A stretch of DNA of 64,000 bases from Thecamonas trahens ATCC 50062 (Eukaryota; Protista; Apusomonadida): the NCBI RefSeq assembly GCF_000142905.1, contig NW_013657663.1:62001-126000 (forward strand), given 5' to 3'. The stretch's first letter is position 1. Every line of letters begins with the position of its first letter. Of the stretch, positions 24,200 through 33,600 are shown in pieces. Under the pieces are notes generated by a model, which was not told the origin of the DNA, did not search any database, and worked only from the letters and a program-made list of their open reading frames with translations. Made by a program: the position numbers and the translations under genes.

Positions 24200-24467
24200 G
24201 GTAGGGTGGGGTGGGGAGGGGTGGGGTGGGGTCGGGTGGCCGTGGCTGTGGGTGGGGTGGGGTGGGGTGAGGTGGCCGTGGCCGTGGCCGTGGGTGGGAA
24301 GGCGGTGCGGGTGGTGGGTGGCGGGTGGCGGGTGGTGGGTGGTGGGTGGTGGGCAGCAGAGGGATCGGAAGCCATCATCATCAACATGCCGATGGCTGGT
24401 GTAGGGATTAAGCTCGGCAAGAGGGAAGGAGGAAGGGAGGGACACACGCGACTCTCTCCTGCTCTCC

Positions 24468-25061
24468 ATGGACGGCATCCGCCTGGCGGGCGATGCAGTG
24501 CTGACGGCAGTGGCCGAGGCGGTGGTCGACGTGGCCGACGCAGAGCTGGTCGCCGAGGTTGCTCGCCTGCACGCGGCGCTGGCGGCGTTCCGGGCGGCCA
24601 AGGGCTTCGGACGGGCCATCGCTGCACCGCAGATCGGCGTCAGCAAGCGGTTTGTGGCGCTGGATCTGGGAAGTTCCGCAGAGGGGACCGACCTGGCCGA
24701 CCTGGCTGCCGCCGGCCCGTTCACCATCTTCAATCCCGCCATCGTGTGGCGCTCCGATGAGACCATGACACTGTGGGACAACTGCCTCTCCTTCCCGTGG
24801 CTCATGGTCCGGACCCAGCGGGCGGTCTCCATCTCGGTCACTTTCCAAGATGCTGATGGCGTGACGCACACGGCCCAGGCGCTGCCGCCCGCACTCTCCG
24901 AGCTGCTGCAGCACGAGCTCGATCATCTCGACGGCGTCCTCGCGCTCGACAAGGCTATCCGGGACGACGGCGTCATCTCGTTTGTTGCCCGCAACCTGTA
25001 TGACGCCGATCCGGCACGATACAACACGCTGGTTGATTATGCTATCGAGCCGACGGTGTGA
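24468..25061 (+). CDS. PDF: Peptide deformylase-like protein (variant motifs)
   Basis: GRAIAAPQIG (motif 1), WDNCLSFP (motif 2, normally EGCLS), QHELDHLDG (HExxH). Confidence 0.85.
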   Translation: MDGIRLAGDAVLTAVAEAVVDVADAELVAEVARLHAALAAFRAAKGFGRAIAAPQIGVSKRFVALDLGSSAEGTDLADLAAAGPFTIFNPAIVWRSDETMTLWDNCLSFPWLMVRTQRAVSISVTFQDADGVTHTAQALPPALSELLQHELDHLDGVLALDKAIRDDGVISFVARNLYDADPARYNTLVDYAIEPTV

Positions 25062-25067
25062 GCCACG

Positions 25068-26078
25068 CTACGCTTTCCATCCCTTTCCCCAGCGGTGCCT
25101 CGAGACCGCGCGTGCCTTGCGCGACCGCCGCGGCGCCGTCTGTGGTGCCCGCCGCCGCGGCCGCCGCCGGTCCGAGTCAAAACCGTAGCCAGCACCGTAG
25201 ACGTCATAGGCATCGTAGCCGTAGCCTACGCCGCCGACAAACGAGCTTTCTTCCGAGAACGAGCCATAGCCGTAGTCGCGGCCATGGTGCCGCCCGGCAG
25301 GGATAATGGTGTCGGCCGAGTTATAACTCTCCGACGACTCGGAGAGCTCGTCGAGGAACTGCTGCTCGAGCTCGGCCAGCTCCTCTTCGAGGCCGTCGTA
25401 CTCTGCCGTGTAGCCGCGATCGACCTCGATGAGCGTCTGCTCGAGCTCTGCGATGCGCTCCCGCAACGCCCTCGCCTCGGCCCGGCTCCGCTTACTCTTC
25501 ACCTTGCGCTTCTTTCGTCGACCGCCGGCCTTCTTTGACCGCTTGCTCTTGGACGAGGCCAGCCGCTTCTTGTTGCTCGTCCTACTCTTCTTGCTCTTCT
25601 TGCCCTTTCCATTTCTGTCCCGATCCTTTGCGCTGCTCTTCTTCCGTCTCTTCCGCTTTCCCATGCCCGATTCAGCAGCCGACGCATGCTTGGTACCCTT
25701 TGCCGACTTGATCCTGCGCTTAGACCGCACCTTGTCAGCACTGTCCTCGTTTGTGGACTTTCTCTTCCGCCGCTTTGCCGATGATTTTGCCGACGACTTG
25801 GAGTTGCCGGCCTTGCTCGACCGCCTCCTCCGGCGTGGCTGATGGAGCTCTGGCGCCTTGCGCTTGCTCACCTTTGTCGCCTTCTTCTTTGAGCCTTTCT
25901 TCACCTTCTTCTTCTTCTTCCGAACCGAGTGCACGACACGAATGGTGATCATGGCCTCATCATCGCCCTTGCCCTCGGCCACAACAGACTCGGACTTGTC
26001 CCGCTTGCCCGTCTTGCCCTTGCCGCTCTTTCCGCTCGTCGTCCGCCTCCGTCTCTTCCGCATAGCAGGGGCAGCCAT
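25068..26078 (-). CDS. Highly basic Lys/Arg/Ser-rich protein with short coiled coil, function unknown
   Basis: 336-aa ORF with AAG/CGC-biased codons. The 5' end may extend toward the gap. Confidence 0.55.
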   Translation of the reverse strand: MAAPAMRKRRRRTTSGKSGKGKTGKRDKSESVVAEGKGDDEAMITIRVVHSVRKKKKKVKKGSKKKATKVSKRKAPELHQPRRRRRSSKAGNSKSSAKSSAKRRKRKSTNEDSADKVRSKRRIKSAKGTKHASAAESGMGKRKRRKKSSAKDRDRNGKGKKSKKSRTSNKKRLASSKSKRSKKAGGRRKKRKVKSKRSRAEARALRERIAELEQTLIEVDRGYTAEYDGLEEELAELEQQFLDELSESSESYNSADTIIPAGRHHGRDYGYGSFSEESSFVGGVGYGYDAYDVYGAGYGFDSDRRRPRRRAPQTAPRRSRKARAVSRHRWGKGWKA

Positions 26079-26112
26079 GACTCAGCCACTTTGACCCCAG
26101 GGCAGATGGAAT

Positions 26113-26184
26113 GTGGTGAGGTGGTGGTGAGGTGGTGAGGTGGTGAGGTGGTGAGGTGGTGAGGTGGTGAGGTGGTGAGGTGGT
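26113..26184. repeat. (GGTGGTGA)n octamer microsatellite next to the gap
   Basis: About 8-9 copies read directly. Confidence 0.85.
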
Positions 26185-26231
26185 GTCGGGGCTGGCAGGT
26201 GCCATTGGTGCGACAAGGGAACAAGGGGGGC

Positions 26232-26584
26232 NNNNNNNNNNNNNNNNNNNNNNNNNNNNNNNNNNNNNNNNNNNNNNNNNNNNNNNNNNNNNNNNNNNNN
26301 NNNNNNNNNNNNNNNNNNNNNNNNNNNNNNNNNNNNNNNNNNNNNNNNNNNNNNNNNNNNNNNNNNNNNNNNNNNNNNNNNNNNNNNNNNNNNNNNNNNN
26401 NNNNNNNNNNNNNNNNNNNNNNNNNNNNNNNNNNNNNNNNNNNNNNNNNNNNNNNNNNNNNNNNNNNNNNNNNNNNNNNNNNNNNNNNNNNNNNNNNNNN
26501 NNNNNNNNNNNNNNNNNNNNNNNNNNNNNNNNNNNNNNNNNNNNNNNNNNNNNNNNNNNNNNNNNNNNNNNNNNNNNNNNNNNN
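26232..26584. other. Assembly gap (N run)
   Basis: Run of N. Confidence 1.
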
Positions 26585-26805
26585 GGCTCCGCACGCGTAG
26601 ATAGTTGGTGTGGAGATATGGATATAGGGGAGTATGGGTGAGGTATGGGTGATGGTGCGGAGATAGTTATGACTATGGGGTGGAGATAGTGCTGGGAATA
26701 AAGGTGAGGAGATTGTATCGGCTGTTTCATCTGCCCCCATCGGTGCCATGCGCCAGGGCCGGTCACTTCCACCTCTCTTCCCTCTCCCCCCCTGCCCACA
26801 CCTCA

Positions 26806-26888
26806 CCACACACACAAACACATACACACACACACACATACACACATACACATACACACATACACACATACACACACACACACACACA
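26806..26888. repeat. (CA)n/(CATACA)n microsatellite immediately upstream of the MAP2K ATG
   Basis: Direct reading. Confidence 0.9.
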
Positions 26889-26890
26889 TC

Positions 26891-28597
26891 ATGTCTGCAG
26901 GACCGGCCTTTCTCTCCAACCTCTCGCTGTCCATTCCACGCGGACCGGCAGTGTCGCGACAGACGCCTGCAGCGGTGACGGCAACGGGCGCAAGAGCCTC
27001 GGGTGAGCTCTCACCGGGCAAGGGCGTGCAGACCGGTCGCATTCGCAAGTCGTCGCCTTTGGCTGCCGGTCCCAATCCTAGCGTGAGACAGAATCAGAGC
27101 CAAGACGATGCTGGGAGTGGAGGCTCTGGATCGGGCCAGGCTGGCTCTGCCACGGCGACTGCCGCGGGCGCAACGGGTAGGCGGACAAGCGGAGGCAAGG
27201 CCGCCGACGTGGTGGTGCCCAAGGGCCTGGGCGCTCTTCCTACGCTCACGCTCACGCCTGGTGACGGGACGAGCAACGGGCCGATGAAGTCGCCGCGCCG
27301 CGGGCTGCGGCATGACGGCACGTATGTCGATGGCGACTTTGAGATCAGGACGTCTGGTGTGTACCTCCGCGACAAGACGCTGCAGGCGAATCCGGAGGCC
27401 AACGCGCCGCCCAACATTGACTTTTCGCAGCTGGAAGAGGTGGCGCTTATCGGGCGCGGCGGGCAGGGCGTGGTGCGCAAGGTCCGGTACGTGCCGACGC
27501 AGCAGTTTATGGCGCTCAAGACGGTGCCGATCGCCGATTCGGTGGCCGACGGCGTCAAGTCGGAGATCCTGATGGAGCTGACGGCGCTGTACAACTGCGC
27601 CTCGCCGCACATTGTCAAGTTCTACGGCGCTTCGCACCTGCGCGGCCGCATCCAGCTGGCCATGGAGTACATGAACGCCGGCTCGCTCGCCGAGATCCTC
27701 TCGACCGTCGGCCGCATTCCCGAGGACGTGCTCTCGGCCATCACCCTCAGAGTCCTCAAGGCCTTCCACTACCTCCACGTCGACCGACGCATCATCCACC
27801 GCGATATCAAACCGTCGAACATCCTGGTCAACACCGCGGGCGAGGTCAAGATCTGTGACTTTGGTGTCTCTGGTCAGCTCGCCAACACGCTTGCCATGGC
27901 CCAGACCCGGGTCGGAACGGTGACCTACATGTCACCGGAGCGCATCCGCTCACAGCCGCACTCGGCCTCGGCCGACATCTGGTCGCTCGGCATCACCCTC
28001 ATCGAGCTCGCCACCGGTCGCTTCCCCTACCCGCCAGACGTGACCAACTCGCCGCTGCAGTTCTGGTCGCTCCTGCGGCTGGTGGTCAACACCGACTCGC
28101 CGACCCTCCCAGAGCACTTTGGCTTCTCGCCCGAGTTCCACTCGTTCGTGGCGCTGTGCCTCGACAAGGACATGGAGGCGAGACCGTCGGTCACCGAGCT
28201 CCTCTGGCACCCGTTCATCTGCCTCGACACAAACGTAAGCGTCGACCAGGAGGCACTGCTCGCCAAGCAGACGCGCCTCATCCGCAAGTGGGTCGCCACC
28301 ACAGACCCGCTCCAGCGCGAAGTGACCAAGATCGAGGCCGCCATCCTCGCCAAGGAGTCCAAGCAGCGCGCTCTCGCCCGCCGCGGCTCCCACGGCCGCC
28401 GCCGCAAGGACACCTCCTCGGGCTCGGTCGACTCGAACAAGCTCTCCACCCTCTCGGCCAAGCGCCTCTCGCGCTCGCACATCCGCGTCCCCTCGTCCGG
28501 CCTCTCGCTCCCCTTTGTCGCCGACGCAAACTATGTCGCCGACGCCCGCCTCTTGCAAGAAGACGGCATCCGCGGCGAGGCCGTCTTTCTCACCTGA
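26891..28597 (+). CDS. MAP kinase kinase (STE7 family)
   Basis: GRGGQGVV, MALK, MEYMNAGSL, HRDIKPSN, DFGVSGQLANTLAMAQTRVGTVTYMSPERI, DIWSLG. Confidence 0.92.
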   Translation: MSAGPAFLSNLSLSIPRGPAVSRQTPAAVTATGARASGELSPGKGVQTGRIRKSSPLAAGPNPSVRQNQSQDDAGSGGSGSGQAGSATATAAGATGRRTSGGKAADVVVPKGLGALPTLTLTPGDGTSNGPMKSPRRGLRHDGTYVDGDFEIRTSGVYLRDKTLQANPEANAPPNIDFSQLEEVALIGRGGQGVVRKVRYVPTQQFMALKTVPIADSVADGVKSEILMELTALYNCASPHIVKFYGASHLRGRIQLAMEYMNAGSLAEILSTVGRIPEDVLSAITLRVLKAFHYLHVDRRIIHRDIKPSNILVNTAGEVKICDFGVSGQLANTLAMAQTRVGTVTYMSPERIRSQPHSASADIWSLGITLIELATGRFPYPPDVTNSPLQFWSLLRLVVNTDSPTLPEHFGFSPEFHSFVALCLDKDMEARPSVTELLWHPFICLDTNVSVDQEALLAKQTRLIRKWVATTDPLQREVTKIEAAILAKESKQRALARRGSHGRRRKDTSSGSVDSNKLSTLSAKRLSRSHIRVPSSGLSLPFVADANYVADARLLQEDGIRGEAVFLT

Positions 28598-28649
28598 GCC
28601 CGCGCCAGTTCCACACTCGGCACATCGGACTTTCCTTTACTCCCGCAGC

Positions 28650-29558
28650 CTACGCCATCGAAAACGAGTGCATGCAGTTGATAGCAAGTGCAAACGAGAC
28701 ACAAGCCATGACCACTCCGAACGTGAGCGTCAGCCGCGTGCCCTGCGACGTCTCCTCGCGCATTTGCAGCGACCGCAGGTTTGCCGCGAGCGCGTGCGGT
28801 TTAGGCCGCACGCTCTTTGCCTGGCGCTTTCCCATCTCCACGCTGCGCACTGCCGGCTTGCGTGTCGCCACGCCCGAGTCAATGATTGTCGACTCGGGCA
28901 GCTGGCCCGCGCCCGGCGACGTCGCTGCCAGTAGCAGCTCCAGCGCCGCATCCTTGCTCGGGCCCGAGAGCGAGCCCTCGAAGCGGAATGCATACCCACC
29001 GAGGTTGCGGTGCCAGGTAAGGCTCTCAGCGTCGGCCACCACCACGTCGACCAGTCCGTCGCCGTCCACGTCCAGCGGTGAGAGCGTGGCGTGGCCGGGC
29101 GCCGCCAGCGCACGGTGCACAAACGCCTTACTCCGCGCCCCAAACCCGACGCCCGGCCCGCCGTTGGGGTACACAAACACTGCTGCCGAGTTGTTGGCAA
29201 GTAAAACCGCCAGCGCCGTGTCCGGGAAGCCGTCCGCGCCAAAGTCGGCCATGAACATGGTGTGCAGCGGGCTCGGCGCCTCCTCGTCGATCATCTGCTC
29301 GTCGCCAAACAGCGGCGACGCGCCCGAGTCGGTTCCCTCGTGCTTGAACCACACCAGCTTGCCCTGCGCACTCAAGTAGCCCACCACGTCTGCACGCGCG
29401 TCTCCGTCTACGTCGGTCACAAGCACCTCGGCCGTCCTCCGGCCCTCGCTCCGCCCCACCGATGCCGACGGCTCCGCCAGCACCGCCACAGCCACCACCG
29501 CCACAACCACCACCATCTGTCCGAGCCTCAGCCAGCCGCTTGCACCCCTCATACCCAT
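28650..29558 (-). CDS. FG-GAP/VCBS repeat-containing membrane protein
   Basis: N-terminal hydrophobic signal, three DxDxDG-type repeats (DVDGDARADVV, DFGADGFPDTA, DVDGDGLVDVVV), C-terminal hydrophobic helix. Confidence 0.65.
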   Translation of the reverse strand: MGMRGASGWLRLGQMVVVVAVVAVAVLAEPSASVGRSEGRRTAEVLVTDVDGDARADVVGYLSAQGKLVWFKHEGTDSGASPLFGDEQMIDEEAPSPLHTMFMADFGADGFPDTALAVLLANNSAAVFVYPNGGPGVGFGARSKAFVHRALAAPGHATLSPLDVDGDGLVDVVVADAESLTWHRNLGGYAFRFEGSLSGPSKDAALELLLAATSPGAGQLPESTIIDSGVATRKPAVRSVEMGKRQAKSVRPKPHALAANLRSLQMREETSQGTRLTLTFGVVMACVSFALAINCMHSFSMA

Positions 29559-30601
29559 GCCAGTCAGCACCAGTCTGTCTCGCTAACCACGCCCTACGTC
29601 GAGAGGAGTGTATCCCTCTTCCCTGCTGCCCTTCCCCTTCGCCGCAGCCCCCCTCCCTCCCTCCCTCCCTACCCCCTCCGGCCCTTCTCCCGCTCCACCG
29701 CTTTGGAAGAACAATGATTGGACGCGCTGATTGACGCGCCCCAAAAAACGAGACTTGGGAAAATGTACTCTTTTTCGCCGCAGAGCCCAGCCCAGCCCCG
29801 CCGAACCGCCGCCCTCCCCCCCCCCCCCCCCCTCCCCTCCCTTCCACACCTTCTGCCATTGACACCACCGACACCACACCACCGCAGTGGCACCACCGCT
29901 GCCATCACCGATGACACAAGCTGCAAAGGATGGCAGGCAGAGGGCAAGCAGTTGCTCTTCAGCACACCCTGGCTGTCGGTATCGCCTCTGACATGCACAT
30001 CGCAAAGCGAAGGGCTATGCCAAGCATACCCTACGTCGTCGCAGTGACCAGGCTACGTCTCGGGCCCTCGACCTTGGGTCAGAGTTTCGCGGCTCGTTGC
30101 TCGACTTTGAGAACCTTTGGTCCTGCACGACAAAGGCCACAGCAGTACAAGCTCTATCGCAACCATCCGATCCACAGCAGCGCTCCCTCCCCCCCCAAAA
30201 AAAAACTGTTTGTTTTGGGGGCGTTTGGCATAGCCGCTTGATCATCTGCTCCAGCTCATACCGTCGGTCCATCTCGTGCGGCTTGCGGCGGTGGTTTGGT
30301 GGTGGCGCGGTTGGCGGGGGGAAAGGGAGCCCGCCAAATCGCACACGCTGCAACACTCGGTCTCGAAGCAGTTTAGGTTGGAACCATACATCCTATGCAC
30401 GTGCCTTCTAGCACCTCTACCCGTAGGCGACCTCAACGCGCGGCACAGCTGATGGTCAACGCACAAACGGAAAAGTTACGTGTCACTAGACCATCTGGTC
30501 AAGAGAGCCACCGCTTTCCGCCGCCCTTCCGCAGCTCTCCCCTCACCCTCAACCCCAACACACACCACTTTATCCCCCCTCCATACATACATACATACAC
30601 C

Positions 30602-33600
30602 ATGTTGCCATACGGCTACACTGCCCTTGTGATCCTTCTTGCCCTCGGCCTCTTTCCAAACAGTACCTCAGGCGGCGTCTTCACCGAGGTGGATCCTGTC
30701 GGCAATTCGATACCTCCGAGACGTGACGATGCCTCCGCCACGGCGGTCGACGGAGTCATGTACATGATGGGCGGTCGCACAGGGAGTGGGACGGCTGGCG
30801 ACTTGTGGCGTTTCGACGTCGAAGACTCGCGCTGGGAAGAAATCCCGGTTGTGGTCCAGACTCCCAACGGCGATCCAGGCGCTCCCATCGGTGCTGTCGA
30901 GGATCACATCATGGACGCCGTCGGCGACGACGCCTTTGTCGTCTTCCACAGATCCTCGCTCTGGATGTACAACGTGACCACCGCTGTCTTCACCGGACCG
31001 TACGGGCCGCTGAGTGTCGACCTCAAAGACGCCGCGGGCGCGGTCGTCGTCTCTCCGACATCAGGATCTGCCGCCTTCCTCGTCTTTGCTGGCCTAGATC
31101 GCTCGACATCGCATGTGGCGACGACCGACAGGCTCTTTTCCTTTGATCTGCAGTCCATGGTCTGGTCCGAAGTCGTCAATGTCTCTGTTGTCGGTGCAGA
31201 AAGCGGCCCGGTGGCCCGCGAAGACGCGGGAATGGTCGGCCTCGCTGATGGGCGCCTGTATCTCTACGGCGGCGCCAACGATGCAAGTGAGATGCTGGAC
31301 GACCTCTGGGCTTTTGACCCGTCGACTATCAGCTGGCACTTTCTCGGCTCGGCCTCAGATAATTCTTCCCGGGCGCACGATGGGCTGTTGTGGCCGGTCC
31401 CAGTCGAAGACCACAGCATGGCACGCATTGGCACGAACGGCCTTTCGTTTGTCATCCTTGCAGGCCTCCAGCTCTACGGTCGCATCTACATCTACGACGC
31501 GAGCACCAAGTTGTGGACATACGATCCACTGGCCACCGACCCACTCAAGCGCGCCGTCGGCGTTGACGCCGCCCTGCTCCACCTCAGCGGTACACCAGCC
31601 GCCCCGCTCGCCTTACCGTCGGATCGCCGCGAGTCCGTTGTCGCTGCCGTCTCGCCTACCCGTGTTCTTCTTTTCGGCGGTGAAGTCATCGTCAACGCCG
31701 AGCGCCTCAACGATCTATGGCAGTACTCGATTGACGGCGAATGCCCCAACGGATGCTCGCGCGACGCAACAGACGGGCTTTCCAATCTCTGCGGCGCGTA
31801 CGCCATCTGCGCATGCGCCAACCCGAGTCTCGATCTTGAGGCCATGCTTGCTGTCAACGAGGACGACATCTCGCAGCTCATCCGCGACGCAGGCTACACC
31901 TGGCGCGATACTTTCGCACTTGCCCCTGACTGCGAGCCGCGAGCACTCGCGCCGCAACCGCCGCCACCCGCGCCGCCAGTCGTCGACAAGCAAGCCATCC
32001 GGGCTGGCCCGTCGGTAACATCGACGCTTGCGCTCGGCCTTGGCCTTGGCATCACCCTTTCTTTGCTCTTCTGCATCGGTGTCCCGTTCGCCGTCTGGTG
32101 CCTCCGCCGTCGCCGCACCGTCGTCCACCACTACTCGCTCGAAGCCAACGCAAGCATCACCATCAATTTTGACGACCTTGACTTTGTCCGCGAGCTCGGT
32201 CGAGGTGCGTACGGTGTTGTCCAGCTCGCAGCGCTTGGCTCGGACTTGGTCGCCGTGAAAGAGCTGGCTCTCCGCAACTCCGAGGCGGACAAACTTAATC
32301 AGCCCGACCGACTGGACATCGCTGCCTGGCGCGACATCGAGGTGGCGCTGCCGACCTCGATCCTCATTGATTTTGTCAACGAGGCCTCGATCTTGCTCGC
32401 GTGTCGCCACACCAACATCACCCTCCTTCGCGGCGTCTCCATCGCCCCGCCCGCGCTCATCTCCGAGTACATGTCGCGCGGCTCGCTCTTCTCCGTCCTT
32501 CAGTCCGAAGCCGTCACCCTCAACCACTCGCTCATCTACTCGTGGGCCGTCGGCATTGCCTCTGGCCTCCGCTTCCTCCACGCCCGCGGCATTGCCCATC
32601 GCGATCTCAAGTCGCCCAACGTGCTCCTCTCTGATGGGTGGGCACCCAAGCTCGCCGATTTTGGACTCTCGAGCTTTGCGCGCGAAGCTCAACCTTCGAC
32701 GTGCGAGACGTCGTGGGGCGGATCGCCATCGCTTCCAGTACTATCAGATAGTGACGGTTCGAGTCGCAGCGCAGGCGTCCTCAACGACGACGCGCCGCTG
32801 GGCACGCTCCTCTGGACCGCGCCCGAGGTGCTTGTGGGCAATGCAAGCAAGCCTGACCCCTTTTATGCTGACATCTACTCGTTTGGCGTGGTCATGTGGG
32901 AGATGGCGACGCGGATGCCGCCATACGGCGTCGCCTCGGACCCGGTCTCCACCGCCTTTGCCGTCATGCGCGGTTCGACTGCGCTGAGAACCGACCTCAT
33001 TCCGCCACAGTTTAGTCCAGAGTACCGGACCATAGTCAGCAGCTGTCTCTCGCGACGGGTCGACCAGCGGCCGTCGCTCGATGTCATCTCGTCCGTCATC
33101 AGTCGCCTCTTTCACCCCTCGCGCGTTATCTACCCGATCCCCATGCTCGAGCCCGAGGGCGAGGTTTTCACTCTCACTCTATCACTTCCGCTCGTCGACG
33201 GCGTCCTCGCCGTCCAGCATCCGGGCGCAATCGAGAAGATCAAGGCCTTCCACGCCGTCGTCCGCGACGCGTCTCGGTCGTCGTCGGCCTTTCTCGAGTC
33301 ATGGTCACTCCAGTCGGCCATCCTTGTCTGCGCCCGCATCTCGCAGCTGGCCAAGGCTCTGCTATCGATTGCCCAAGATTTGCATGAAGCCTGGGCAGCC
33401 CTTCCGTCGGCGCCGCTCGTTGTAGTCGTTGCCATCGAGTCCGGCGCGGCAACCGTCGACGGCTCGGACATTCGCTCGCCCTCGGCGACGTATGCTGGCC
33501 CTGCGCTCGTTGCTGCACACGCGCTCTGCGACGCCATGGTCGACTCTCATCACGCCGGCCTCGCCGCGACATCGTCTCGTGTATCCGCCTCGGTCTCCAG

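Noticed and set aside
24200-24871. In-frame His/Pro-rich N-terminal extension of CatSper (CatSper1-like pH sensor)
   Set aside because: It is the translation of a C/A-rich promoter tract plus the antisense of the PDF gene; the subunit looks like CatSper3, not CatSper1.
26113-26184. (GGTGGTGA)n as telomeric repeat
   Set aside because: Short, internal, flanked by genes and not TTAGGG-like; treated as a microsatellite.
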